64,000 nucleotides of DNA from the NCBI GenBank assembly GCA_965208105.1, contig OZ242318.1, positions 1,760,001 to 1,824,000 of the forward strand. Reading direction: 5' to 3'. Below are positions 1 through 9,565 of the stretch, piece by piece. Source of the stretch: Candidatus Latescibacterota bacterium. Lineage in GTDB: Bacteria; Latescibacterota; UBA2968; UBA8231. A program made the position numbers and the translations under genes. Position 1 is the first letter of the stretch. Each line of letters begins with the position of its first letter. Under the pieces are notes generated by a model. The model saw only the letters and a list, made by a program, of their open reading frames with translations. It made no database searches and was not told where the DNA came from.

Positions 1-414
1 CAGGGTGCACCCCTTGGCCAGCAGGTCGCGGGCGCGGGATCCGGCCAGGTTGATGGTGGTATAGTTGCCCGTGGTGTCGGTCGCGGCGGCGCGGCGGCCT
101 CCCAGAGCTTTCCGCAAAGACGCGATCAGCTCTCCCTCGCTCCCCGGACCGGCCACCGCCATCCACTCGTCGGGCCCCAGCCAGCAGACCAGGACCTCGC
201 CCGCCGAGGCCACCGTATTGGGCCGAAGCGGCACATCGGTGCCCAGAACACCTCCCACAGCCTCGGCCAACCCGGGATCTGCCAGGCCGCCGCGCAGGTT
301 GACATAGCCGCGAAATGGCCGCTCGGTCATGGTTATTCCCGGGTCTCCCGCTTCGCGTCCACGTCCCAAGGACGCGAAGCCGGCCAGGGGGGACTCGCGC
401 CTGTCCTCAGACAT
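1..414 (-). CDS. soxG: Sarcosine oxidase subunit gamma (runs off the left edge)
   Basis: ATG at 414 overlaps the soxA stop. Manual translation gives MSEDRRESPLAGF...GYVNLRG...PNTV...WLGPDEWM...INLAGSRARDLLAKGCTL, which are typical SoxG motifs. Follows soxA in the operon. Confidence 0.9.
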   Translation of the reverse strand, partial: MSEDRRESPLAGFASLGRGREAGDPGITMTERPFRGYVNLRGGLADPGLAEAVGGVLGTDVPLRPNTVASAGEVLVCWLGPDEWMAVAGPGSEGELIASLRKALGGRRAAATDTTGNYTTINLAGSRARDLLAKGCTL

Positions 415-3412
415 TCTGGCGCTCTCCCTCCGGATCGTAGAAGACCCGGTCGACGATCCTGGCGGCGGCGGTCCTGCCGTCACAGTTGTAGACCTGGACC
501 GTCTGGCCCAGGCGCGAATGACCGCCCGCCACCAGCGCCAGGGCGATGGAGCGGCCGAGTACGGGGCTGTGGTAGGACGAGGTGACGTGGCCGGACATGG
601 CCCTGGGCACGGGTGCCGAGGGGTCCTCGACGATCTGACCTCCCTCGGGCAACACTTCGCCGGGGTCCTCGCTGAGCAAGCCCACGAGCTGCTTGCGGTC
701 GGAGCGCAGCATATGGGAGCGGTAGAGGGAACGCTTGCCCAGAAAGTCCTTGTTCTGCGCTACCATGTGGCCGAGCCCGAGATCGACGGGGGTCACCGAG
801 CCGTCCGTATCCTGACCCACGATGATGTACCCCTTCTCGGCGCGCAGCACATGCATGGCCTCGGTGCCGAAAGGAGTGATCCCGCAGGGCTCACCGGCCT
901 CCATGACGGCCTCCCAGACATGGCGGCCGAAGTTTGCGTTGATGTTGATCTCGTAGGTGAGCTCACCCGTAAAGCTGATCCTGAAGATTCGCGCCGGGAC
1001 CCCCGCCACCTGCCCCTCGCGCACCGCCATGAAGGGGAAGGCCGCCGCGCTCAGATCGACCTCGGTGCACAGCTCGCCGAGGATCCTGCGGCTGTCGGGG
1101 CCGCAGAGAGAGATGGTTGCCCAGTGGTCGGATACGGAGGTCAGAAATACCTCGAGCTCGGGCCACTCGGTCTGCAGCCAGAGCTCCATCCACGCCATGA
1201 CCGCAGCCGCGCCGCCGGTGGTCGTGTGCATCAGGTAGTGGTTGTCGCCGAGACGAGCGGTGACCCCGTCGTCCATTACCATCCCGTTCTCGTCCAGCAT
1301 CAGACCGTAGCGGCAGCGGCCCACCGGCACCTTCAGAAAGGGATTGGTGTAGACCCGGTGGAGAAAGACGTGGGCGTCGGCTCCCTGGATATCGATCTTG
1401 CCCAAGGTCGATGCGTCGAGGACCCCGGCGCCCCTGCGCACCGCGAGGCACTCGCGCTCCACCGCTTCCACCATCGTCTCGGCGGCCGCGGGGAAATACC
1501 AGGGGCGCTTCCACTGCCCCACGTCCTCGAAGACGGCGCCGCGTTCGACGTGCCACTGGTGGATGGGGGTCTTGCGCACGGGATCGAACAGAAGGCCCTG
1601 CTCGCCCCCCGCCATGGCCCCGTAGCTCACCGGGGTGTAGAGGGGGCGGAACGTCGTGGTCCCGATGGAGCCTGGATCGGTGTCCTTATGCCGGGCCAGG
1701 ATGCCGATGCCGTTGACGTTTCCCAGCTTGCCCTGGTCCGGGCCCATACCCAGGGTGGTGTAGCGCTTGACGTGCTCGATGGACTCGTAGCCCTCCCGCG
1801 CCGCGATTTCGATGTCCGCTGCGGTGATGTCCATCTGCAGGTCCACGAACTGCTTGGGGGCCCGGCTCATGGGCTTGGGTGCGGGGATCGCCCAGAGGGG
1901 CCGTATGGGTTCCTCCTGCTCCTCCTCGACCACCGGCGCCGGCCGCGTGGGCTCGCCCCCGCCCAGCCCCGCCTCCCGGGCCGCCGCGGCCCCTCCTTCC
2001 AATCCGGATGCCAGACAGGGTCCCAGGCCGAAAACCCCGCTGCAAGCCCCCACCGAACGCTCGGCCTGTACCGGCTCGCCCGGCCCGAAGCAAGCCTGAA
2101 CGGCGTCGTAGCGAGGCCGGCCGCGCGCCTGGGCGTGGAGCTGAACCGTCGGGCTCCACCCTCCCGATACGGCAAGCAGGTCGCAGGCCACCGTTCGCCG
2201 TGGACCGCTCACACTCCTGCCGTCCTGGCCCAGGGGCATGAGCTCGACAGCCCGCAGCCGCCTTCCGCCCCTGGCGTTCACGACCACGTGGTTTTCCACC
2301 ACCTCGATACCTCGCCGGCGTGCAGCGGTGCTCCGTGCTCCCGCCGGGCGCGCGTCGACTATGGCCTCCACCTGAATTCCGGCCGCCGCCATGTCCATGG
2401 CCGTGCCATAGGCGCCGTCATTGTTGGTGAACACCACCGCCCGCGACCCCGGCCCCACGGCATAGCGGTTGATGTACTCCGAGACGGCGGAAGCAAGCAT
2501 GATGCCGGGGCGGTCGTTGTTCGAGAAGACCAGAGGACGCTCGATGGCGCCGGTCGCCAGCACGACCTGCCTGGCGCGAATGCGCCAGAGCCTCTGGCGC
2601 GGTCCCTTGCCCCCTCCCGGTGGAAGGTGGTCCCGGCAGCGCTCAAGGGCATGCAGGAAGTTGTGATCGTAGTAGCCCACTGCCGTGGTGCGGGTCAGCA
2701 CCCTGACCTCGGCCATGGCGGCCAGCTCACCTACCGCCGACGCGACCCAGCGCTCAGCCGGGTCGCCGTCGATTTCGGCGGGGCTGCCCAGGAGGCTACC
2801 CCCGGGCTCGGTGCCCTCGTCCACCAGGATCACCCGGGCTCCCGCCCGTCCCGCTTCCAGAGCCGCAGCCAATCCGGCAGGCCCCCCGCCGGCGACGAAG
2901 ACGTCGCAGTGGGCGTTCATGTGGTCATAGGCGTCCGGGTCCGGGGCCGGTGGTGCAGTGCCCAACCCTGCCGCCTTGCGGATGGCCCCCTCGTAGCGGC
3001 GCCAGAATCCCGCCGGCCACATGAAGGTCTTGTAATAGAAACCAGGCGGCATCAGGCGCGCGAACCAGCCGTGGACGGCGCGCAGGTCGAAGTCCACACT
3101 GGGGAATACGTTGACGCTGCGGGCGGTCAGACCTTCGTAGAGTTCCACCTGGGTAGCCACCAGATTGGGCAAGGTTCGAGCCCCTTCCCCCACCTGAACG
3201 ATGGCATTGGGTTCCTCCGCGCCCGCCGCGACCAGTCCCCGCGGCCGGTGGTACTTGATGCTGCGGGCCACCAGTCGCACGCCGTTGGCCAGCAGCGCGG
3301 AGGCCAGGGTATCGCCCTGGCAGCCCTCGTAGCCTTTGCCGTTGAAGGTAAATTTCAAGGGTCTGCGGCGGTCGATGCGGCCCCCGGCGGCCAGGCGCTG
3401 GGAGGAGCTCAC
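407..3412 (-). CDS. soxA: Sarcosine oxidase subunit alpha (NAD-binding plus GcvT-like folate domain)
   Basis: GDTLASALLANG, RSIKYHRPRG, GGGPAGL, KRYTTLGMGPDQG, GQWKRPWYF, RISFTGEL. GTG start at 3412 overlaps the soxD stop (GTGA). Confidence 0.95.
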   Translation of the reverse strand: MSSSQRLAAGGRIDRRRPLKFTFNGKGYEGCQGDTLASALLANGVRLVARSIKYHRPRGLVAAGAEEPNAIVQVGEGARTLPNLVATQVELYEGLTARSVNVFPSVDFDLRAVHGWFARLMPPGFYYKTFMWPAGFWRRYEGAIRKAAGLGTAPPAPDPDAYDHMNAHCDVFVAGGGPAGLAAALEAGRAGARVILVDEGTEPGGSLLGSPAEIDGDPAERWVASAVGELAAMAEVRVLTRTTAVGYYDHNFLHALERCRDHLPPGGGKGPRQRLWRIRARQVVLATGAIERPLVFSNNDRPGIMLASAVSEYINRYAVGPGSRAVVFTNNDGAYGTAMDMAAAGIQVEAIVDARPAGARSTAARRRGIEVVENHVVVNARGGRRLRAVELMPLGQDGRSVSGPRRTVACDLLAVSGGWSPTVQLHAQARGRPRYDAVQACFGPGEPVQAERSVGACSGVFGLGPCLASGLEGGAAAAREAGLGGGEPTRPAPVVEEEQEEPIRPLWAIPAPKPMSRAPKQFVDLQMDITAADIEIAAREGYESIEHVKRYTTLGMGPDQGKLGNVNGIGILARHKDTDPGSIGTTTFRPLYTPVSYGAMAGGEQGLLFDPVRKTPIHQWHVERGAVFEDVGQWKRPWYFPAAAETMVEAVERECLAVRRGAGVLDASTLGKIDIQGADAHVFLHRVYTNPFLKVPVGRCRYGLMLDENGMVMDDGVTARLGDNHYLMHTTTGGAAAVMAWMELWLQTEWPELEVFLTSVSDHWATISLCGPDSRRILGELCTEVDLSAAAFPFMAVREGQVAGVPARIFRISFTGELTYEININANFGRHVWEAVMEAGEPCGITPFGTEAMHVLRAEKGYIIVGQDTDGSVTPVDLGLGHMVAQNKDFLGKRSLYRSHMLRSDRKQLVGLLSEDPGEVLPEGGQIVEDPSAPVPRAMSGHVTSSYHSPVLGRSIALALVAGGHSRLGQTVQVYNCDGRTAAARIVDRVFYDPEGERQNV

Positions 3413-3690
3413 GGATTCCCTCCCGGCCGGGGCTCGCCGGGCCTGTAAACCGCCCTTATCTCGTTGGTCACCGTGTCGCGCTCGACGTTGAAGTAGCGCC
3501 GGCATCCCGAGGAGTGGCTCCACTGCTCCCGGTGCCCGCCTCTGACGTTCCTGCGGTAGAACAGGTAGGCGGCCCACTCTTCGTCAGTCAGCTCTTCGGG
3601 CTGGAGGGGGCGGACGATGTGGGCCTCGCCGGAGTAGCTGAACTCCGATTCGTCCCGGGGACCGCACCATGGGCATTCGATCAGCAGCAA
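3409..3690 (-). CDS. soxD: Sarcosine oxidase subunit delta (Zn-binding)
   Basis: LLIECPWCGPRDESEF...HREQWSHSSGCRRYFNVERDTVTNEI. TTG start after GGAGA. Confidence 0.93.
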   Translation of the reverse strand: MLLIECPWCGPRDESEFSYSGEAHIVRPLQPEELTDEEWAAYLFYRRNVRGGHREQWSHSSGCRRYFNVERDTVTNEIRAVYRPGEPRPGGNP

Positions 3691-3703
3691 AAGCTCGTCT
3701 CCA

Positions 3704-4954
3704 TCAGTGGGCGACGCCGGCGGCACCGTGCTCGTCGATGAGGCGCCCGCTGGCGAATCGCTGCAGGGAGAAAGGCTCGTTGAGGCGGTGGGGCCGGTCC
3801 TGGGCCATGGTGTAGGCGAATACCCACCCCGACCCGGGGGTCGACTTGTAGCCGCCCGTACCCCAGCCGCAATTGAAGTAGAGCCCTTCTACCGGGGTCA
3901 GGCCGATGATGGGGCAGGCGTCCGGGCAGGTATCGACGACCCCTGCCCATTGCCTCAGCATGCGGACCCGGCTGAAGCAGGGAAACATCTCGACTATGGC
4001 GCTGACCGCGTGCTCCAGGGTCGAAGGGCTGCCGCGCTGTCCATAGCCGTTGTAGGCGTCAATCCCGGCGCCGCACAACAGCTCGCCCCTGTCCGTCTGG
4101 CTCAGATAGGCGTGAACCGCATTGGACATGACAACTACGTCCAGCACCGGTTTGATGGGCTCCGACACCCAGGCCTGCAGCGGGTGGCTTTCCAGCGGCA
4201 GGCGCAGACCGGCCATGGCGGCGATGACCCCCGAGTTGCCCGCGGTGACGCATCCTACCTTCCTTGCCCTGATGAATCCCCTGCTGGTCTCCACTCCGGT
4301 TACTGCGCCGCCTTCGCGGCGAATGCCCACCACCTCGCAATTCTGGATGATGTCGACCCCCACAGAGTCGGCTGCCCGGGCAAAACCCCAGGCCAGGGCA
4401 TCGTGACGGGCGGTGCCGCCCCGGCGCTGCAGCGAGGCCCCCAGAATCGGGTAGCGGGTGCCCGGCGAGACATCCATGCTCGGCACCAGCTCCTTGATCT
4501 GGTCAGGGGTTAGAAACTCGCTGTCGATGCCGTTGAGAAGGTTGGCGTTGACGCGACGGCGGATGTCGCGCAGTTCCTGCAGGGTATGTCCCAGGCTCAG
4601 CAGGCCGCGCTGACTGAACATGAGGTTGAAGTTCAGCTCCTGGGTGAGTTTCTCCCACAGCTTGAGGGAGAACTCGTAGATGTGGGCAGCCTCGTCCCAG
4701 AGGTAGTTGGAGCGGACGATTTCGGTATTGCGTCCCGTGTTTCCCCCGCCCACGTAGCCCTTTTCGACCACGGCCACCTGGCGGAATCCCTGTTCCTTGA
4801 CCAGGTAGTAGGCCGTGGCCAGACCATGTCCGCCTCCGCCCACGATCACCGCCTCGTAGGCGGATTTCGGTTCGGGGCTGCGCCAGGCGCGTTGCCAGTT
4901 TTCGTGGTAGCTGAGCGCGTTGCGGGCGAGGCTGAAGATCGAGTACTTTTGCAT
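3704..4954 (-). CDS. soxB: Sarcosine oxidase subunit beta (FAD)
   Basis: MQKYSIFSLARNALSYHENWQRAWRSPEPK, GGGGHGLATAYYL, GGGNTGRNT, ARHDA, GWGTGGYK, C-terminal EHGAAGVAH. Confidence 0.95.
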   Translation of the reverse strand: MQKYSIFSLARNALSYHENWQRAWRSPEPKSAYEAVIVGGGGHGLATAYYLVKEQGFRQVAVVEKGYVGGGNTGRNTEIVRSNYLWDEAAHIYEFSLKLWEKLTQELNFNLMFSQRGLLSLGHTLQELRDIRRRVNANLLNGIDSEFLTPDQIKELVPSMDVSPGTRYPILGASLQRRGGTARHDALAWGFARAADSVGVDIIQNCEVVGIRREGGAVTGVETSRGFIRARKVGCVTAGNSGVIAAMAGLRLPLESHPLQAWVSEPIKPVLDVVVMSNAVHAYLSQTDRGELLCGAGIDAYNGYGQRGSPSTLEHAVSAIVEMFPCFSRVRMLRQWAGVVDTCPDACPIIGLTPVEGLYFNCGWGTGGYKSTPGSGWVFAYTMAQDRPHRLNEPFSLQRFASGRLIDEHGAAGVAH

Positions 4955-4992
4955 CAGAACAAAACGAAGGTGGGTGGCGGAAATCAGCAGAA

Positions 4993-5021
4993 AGTCTAAT
5001 ATAACCGCCCTCTTTTGACAA
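4993..5021 (-). promoter_or_regulatory. Putative sigma70 promoter of the sox operon
   Basis: Minus strand TTGTCA (5021-5016), 17-bp spacer, TAGACT (4998-4993), about 40 bp upstream of the soxB ATG. Confidence 0.45.
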
Positions 5022-5210
5022 CGACGCGCCGCCCACAGGTGTCCAGGCTGCCCGCCATTCTCCAGCTTGCTGCTCTCCGGCGCGGGGCGAGACCGATCCT
5101 GCCCCTTCGTCCCAACCATCCACCTCCTTTGCAGGTCCAACCAGGCCGGGCAGCCAGGGCGGGGGAACCTTTTGCAAGGCACCTGGCCGCGCGCTTTCCT
5201 CTTCCCCGGA

Positions 5211-6635
5211 TCAGGACACCGGGGGTCGATGCTGTATCCATGGCCTTGCCCTCTCGAAGGCGGCGGAGGCAGCCAGGACCGTCTCCTCTCCACCCTTTCT
5301 TCCCACTATCTGCAGTCCGATCGGCAACCCGTTACTGGAGAAACCTGCCGGGACGCTTGCCGCAGGATGTCCGATGACGTTGATCGGGAATGTGAAAGCA
5401 CCATTCCAGTACTGGTCGGGGTAGGTCCTGTGGGGCGACCACCGGCCGGGGTACTCCCCGTTTGGAAAGGCGGGGAAGCACGCCGTCGGGGAAAGCAGAA
5501 GGTCGAATTCCTCGAACAAGTCGGTCATACGGGCCTTCAACAAATCGATCAGCGCCAGGGTCCTGGCGTATTCGACCGCCGTTACCCTTGCTCCCTGCTC
5601 GAGGAAGAACAGGGCAATCTCGGTCAGCTGGTCGGCATGGGTCTCCAGGTAAACCCCGCCCATCGCGAAAAAGTCCGCGGCAATGATTGGCCCGAAGGTG
5701 TCGTAGGGTGGGTCCATGGCCAGGTCCGACTCTTCGAGGTGACAACCGAGTTCCTCGAAGACCTGGGCCGCGGATGAGGTCACCGCCGACACCTCGGGGT
5801 CCACCTCGGCAAACCCGAAATCCGGGCTCCAGGCCACCCGCATGCCCCGGACCTCGCGGTCCACCGCGGCAACGAAATCAGGTGGGTCCTGCCGCAGCGA
5901 GGTCGGATCTCTGGGGTCGTGGCCGGAAAGGACCTGGAGGAGCAGGGCTGCGTCGCGCACCGTGCGGCTCAGAGGCCCGTTCTGGGAGAAGATGTAAGGC
6001 ATGGTGTGGCCCTCCCCTCCCGCGTAGCCGGAAACCCTCCCCTGGGTCGGCTTGATTCCGTAGATGCCGCAGAAATGGGCGGGAATGCGAATGGAGCCAC
6101 CGCCGTCGCTGCCGGTGGCAAGGGGGCACAAGGAAGCGGCCAGCGCCGCGGCGGCACCGCCGCTGGAACCACCCGGCGTTCGCAGTGGGTCCCAGGGATT
6201 GCATCCGGGGTCGCCCAGGCGGTTCTCGCAGGCACCCACCAGACCGAACTCCGGAACGTTGGTTTTCCCCAGGATCACCGCACCGGCAGCCCGAACCCGC
6301 TCGACCACGGCAGCATCCCTGTCCGGTATCCTGTCCTTGAAGACCAGTGACCCCAAGGTGGTGCGAATGCCCCTGGTCATCTGCGTATCCTTGACCGAGA
6401 TGGGCAGACCGTGCAGGGGTCCCGTTTCCTCCCCGCCCCCTATAGCCTTTTCGGCGGACCTGGCCGTTTCCATCGCTTCATCCCGGGTCAGGGTAAGGAA
6501 CGCGTTGAGTTGAGGGTCCAGTCTCTCGATGCGGCTGTAGTAGAGCTCGGTCAACTCCACCGGGGAAATCTCTTTGATAGAAATCAGGTCCAACAGGTCG
6601 AAAGCCGAAGCGAACGCCAACTCCTGGTCCAGCAT
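5211..6635 (-). CDS. Amidase signature family protein
   Basis: HGLPISVKD (catalytic Lys), GKTNVPEF, PGGSSGGAAAA, GSDGGGSIRIPA (Ser-cisSer). The ATG at 6635 has a GGAGG RBS, so the ORF-track start is over-extended. Confidence 0.92.
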   Translation of the reverse strand: MLDQELAFASAFDLLDLISIKEISPVELTELYYSRIERLDPQLNAFLTLTRDEAMETARSAEKAIGGGEETGPLHGLPISVKDTQMTRGIRTTLGSLVFKDRIPDRDAAVVERVRAAGAVILGKTNVPEFGLVGACENRLGDPGCNPWDPLRTPGGSSGGAAAALAASLCPLATGSDGGGSIRIPAHFCGIYGIKPTQGRVSGYAGGEGHTMPYIFSQNGPLSRTVRDAALLLQVLSGHDPRDPTSLRQDPPDFVAAVDREVRGMRVAWSPDFGFAEVDPEVSAVTSSAAQVFEELGCHLEESDLAMDPPYDTFGPIIAADFFAMGGVYLETHADQLTEIALFFLEQGARVTAVEYARTLALIDLLKARMTDLFEEFDLLLSPTACFPAFPNGEYPGRWSPHRTYPDQYWNGAFTFPINVIGHPAASVPAGFSSNGLPIGLQIVGRKGGEETVLAASAAFERARPWIQHRPPVS

Positions 6636-6942
6636 GATCCCTCCTCTCTCTGCGGCTGCCGGCGGGGCCAAGTGGGGCAACCAGGTTGTCCTCTCACCCC
6701 TCTGGGCTCGAAGGCTCCAACACCCGCCCAAAGGTAGGTACGGAGACCTGCAAGTCAATTGGGCTCCAGACGCAACCGGGGGCAACGGCCACCCTCGCCG
6801 AGGGAGGGAATCCGAGGCCATGCCCGGGATTTGACAACGGCGGCGGCCTGCCTCCATATCCCATGTTCCCCTTTCTTGATTGCCCTTATTTCTGTTCCTA
6901 TACTAAGGAGCCTCTATCCGACCCTGATCGGCGGAAACCCCT

Positions 6943-7863
6943 ATGAAAATCGGCTTCGGCAGCCAGGTCTGGCTGAACGACAATCACTTCGAAAACTTCC
7001 CTCGCATGCTGGACGAGTTGTCGCTGGTGGGCATGGATGGCTTCGAGATGTGCTTTCCATTCCTGATCGAACAGTACGAAAATCGAACAGGAGAGCTGCG
7101 CCGGTTGCTCGCCATGCACGATTTGGAGCTGGCCAACTACTACACCGGGGTCGCCTTCCACGATCCCGAACAGCGCAAACAAGGGATGGAGGAAGTGAAG
7201 CGGCGTTGCCGTTTCAGCGCCGAGCTGGGCACCGAATACACCCTGCTCGACGGAGGTCAGAAACAGGAGGGGATCTCTGCAACCGAACTGGACGACCAGA
7301 TCAAGGTGGTGGCGGAAACCGCCAATGAACTTGGAGAGTACGCCCGTTCCTGCGGACTGACCCTCGCCTGGCACCAGCACTGGGGAAGTATCTTTGAAGT
7401 GCAGGCCCCGTTCCACCGCCTCATGGAACTCACTGATCCGGAGCTGGTGCGGTTCTGTCCCGATGTAGGCCAGCTCACCCTGGGGGATTTCGACGTATTG
7501 GAAACCATCCGGCGCTATGCCGAGCGCATCGGTTTCGTCCACTTCAAAGATGTCACCTTTGCAGGCCGCCCCCGGGGCGAGCTGTGGCCGGGCGGTCCCC
7601 TGGTCCCATCGGACGAGGGTGCCTACGATGTGGACTCCAGGGGAAGATGGGTCGAACTGGGGCGAGGAGCGATCGATTTCCCGGCGATCAGCCGCGTACT
7701 GCTGGCAGCCGGATTCGACGGGTGGATATCCGACGACCTCGACTTCAGTTGCTACCCCGCGCGAACGGCAGCGCAAGCATGCAAGGAGTACATCAACGAA
7801 GCCCTGGGCATCTGGGGCGAGAGAGACATCCGGCGCGGCCTGGTCCCCCGCGGCTCCTACTGA
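6943..7863 (+). CDS. Sugar phosphate isomerase/epimerase, IolE-like (AP endonuclease 2 TIM barrel)
   Basis: GMDGFE, LAWHQHWG, FCPDVGQL, FVHFKD, WVELGRGAIDF, GFDGWIS(D)D motifs. Confidence 0.8.
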   Translation: MKIGFGSQVWLNDNHFENFPRMLDELSLVGMDGFEMCFPFLIEQYENRTGELRRLLAMHDLELANYYTGVAFHDPEQRKQGMEEVKRRCRFSAELGTEYTLLDGGQKQEGISATELDDQIKVVAETANELGEYARSCGLTLAWHQHWGSIFEVQAPFHRLMELTDPELVRFCPDVGQLTLGDFDVLETIRRYAERIGFVHFKDVTFAGRPRGELWPGGPLVPSDEGAYDVDSRGRWVELGRGAIDFPAISRVLLAAGFDGWISDDLDFSCYPARTAAQACKEYINEALGIWGERDIRRGLVPRGSY

Positions 7864-7936
7864 GGCCTGGACCTTCTCAGCTCCATGCCCTTTCCCGTGG
7901 AACGGAACCATACCTTCAGCACAAGGAGTGATATTG

Positions 7937-9505
7937 ATGGCATCCCCTGACAGAGTTGCAGTCGAGGTTGAAAGCGGAGGGCGCTCTTTCGCCGTGGAGG
8001 AGGCGGTGCTCTTTCCCTTCGACGACGTCAGCGTCCCTTTTCGCAAGGACGTGCTCATGACCCTCGTGCACGGCAGCAGAAGCCCCGGAGAACACCGGGA
8101 GGGCGGGAGCTATGACCCCGATCATCCGGGCAAGCCGGTGCTCGAGCTGGGCGGGCCCGGGGCCTGCGACTCCATGGAGATCATCTTCCCAACCATCCTG
8201 AAGGTGGAAGACGAATATCGCATGTGGTACACTGCCCGGGGGAACTCTTCCGCAGATACCGAGCTCTGCTCCTACGCAGGTGGACCAGTCATCGACTCCT
8301 TGCGCAGAGTTGGATACGCGGTGAGCAAGGATGGTCTCAATTGGGAGAAACCGCGGCTGGGACTGGTGGAATACAACGGCGGCAAGGAAAACAACCTGGT
8401 GGACGTGGACGGTTCGAACTTGTGGTTCGTGGCCTACGATCCCGACGACTCCGACGCGGCCAAGCGCTTCAAGATGATCAGCATCGGCAATATGATGCAC
8501 CTTCAAATCCACTACAGTGCGGACGGCCTGAGCTGGACCAACGGCAGGGAAGTTGGACACGGCATCGAGCCCGGAGCTTCGCCGTTCAAGTTCAACGGCT
8601 GCTGGTACGTAAGCGGCCAGGGCGGCCCCGGTCCCTTCAACAAGACCATTCCTCACCCGGTGGACGGCGCAGCCAAGCGCGAGATGATGACCTGGGCAAG
8701 CTATGACTTCGAAAACTGGACCCTGGCGGCGGTTCCCAGCTTCAGGCGCGATCCCCTCCCACCCAGGCCCATTCCCGATTTCGAGTGGCATCGCGGCGAA
8801 CAGGTTCACGAAGGCGCCGCCCTCTGGGACCGGGGCAACGTGATAATCGGCTTCTACGGCATGTATCACAACCAGACGAACGACCGGGTCTATGCGACCC
8901 AGGACATCGGCCTGGTCGTCAGCCATGACGCGATGCACTTTCGCGAGCCGGTCCCCGACTTCAAGATCGTGCGCTGCTTCGAGGAGAGTCCCGTAGGGCA
9001 TCCCGGACTGGGAGCTGGCAGCAAGCTGGTGCAGGGCAGTTTCGCCAATATCGGCGAACGCACCGTCCACTACTACTCGACCTGGGAATACCCAGCCCGC
9101 GGCATGGTGCGCGTGGCTACCTGGCCGCGCGACCGTCTCGGCTTCTTCTCGAGTGTCTCCCGGCCGGTGTTCCAGGGACAGGGCTATAGAGACATCGCCG
9201 TGGAACCTCACATCATTTCCTGTCCGCTTTCGCTCAAAGGCGATAATGTCGGCCTCTACGTCAACGCTGATCTGGTGGGAGAGCACAGCCAGCTCAGGGT
9301 GGAGCTCCTCGACGAGGCCTTTTACCCAATACCAGGTTATTCCGGGGACGATTGCCTCCTCCTGACCGAACCTGGCCTGCGCCAGCGCGTCGCCTGGAAG
9401 AAGGGAGCGGTTGTCGAGGGAATCGACCACCCCGTGCGGGTCCGCGTCAAATGGGAGGGCTTGCGTCCCGAAGACGCCCAACTCTATGCTGTTTACCTGG
9501 CCTGA
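7937..9505 (+). CDS. Beta-propeller (GH32/43-like fold) hypothetical protein with C-terminal beta-sandwich
   Basis: YRMWY, YAVSKDGLNWEKPRLGLVEYNG..NNLV, SADGLSWT and SHDAMHF Asp-box-like repeats. C-terminal LYVNAD...LRVELLD...PIPGYS. ATG after AAGGAG. No signal peptide. Confidence 0.65.
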   Translation: MASPDRVAVEVESGGRSFAVEEAVLFPFDDVSVPFRKDVLMTLVHGSRSPGEHREGGSYDPDHPGKPVLELGGPGACDSMEIIFPTILKVEDEYRMWYTARGNSSADTELCSYAGGPVIDSLRRVGYAVSKDGLNWEKPRLGLVEYNGGKENNLVDVDGSNLWFVAYDPDDSDAAKRFKMISIGNMMHLQIHYSADGLSWTNGREVGHGIEPGASPFKFNGCWYVSGQGGPGPFNKTIPHPVDGAAKREMMTWASYDFENWTLAAVPSFRRDPLPPRPIPDFEWHRGEQVHEGAALWDRGNVIIGFYGMYHNQTNDRVYATQDIGLVVSHDAMHFREPVPDFKIVRCFEESPVGHPGLGAGSKLVQGSFANIGERTVHYYSTWEYPARGMVRVATWPRDRLGFFSSVSRPVFQGQGYRDIAVEPHIISCPLSLKGDNVGLYVNADLVGEHSQLRVELLDEAFYPIPGYSGDDCLLLTEPGLRQRVAWKKGAVVEGIDHPVRVRVKWEGLRPEDAQLYAVYLA

Positions 9506-9565
9506 GCCCGGGGAAAAATCTCAGAAGCTCTTCCACCAGGGAATCTAACGATTGTGCAGGAGGAC

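Noticed and set aside
329-3448. 1039 aa plus-strand ORF, and similar long antisense ORFs at 7916-9481, 41208-42599, 50168-52105, 53905-55284 and 57421-58830
   Set aside because: They are shadows of well-supported genes on the opposite strand in GC-rich DNA and have no recognisable motifs.
4955-5210. Glycine or other riboswitch upstream of soxB
   Set aside because: No convincing paired aptamer consensus was seen, and the predicted promoter leaves only a short leader. An Infernal search would be decisive.
5211-6635. Amidase as gatA
   Set aside because: No gatB/gatC adjacent, and it has GSDGGGS and TNVPEF rather than GatA-typical GSDTGGS and TNMDEF.
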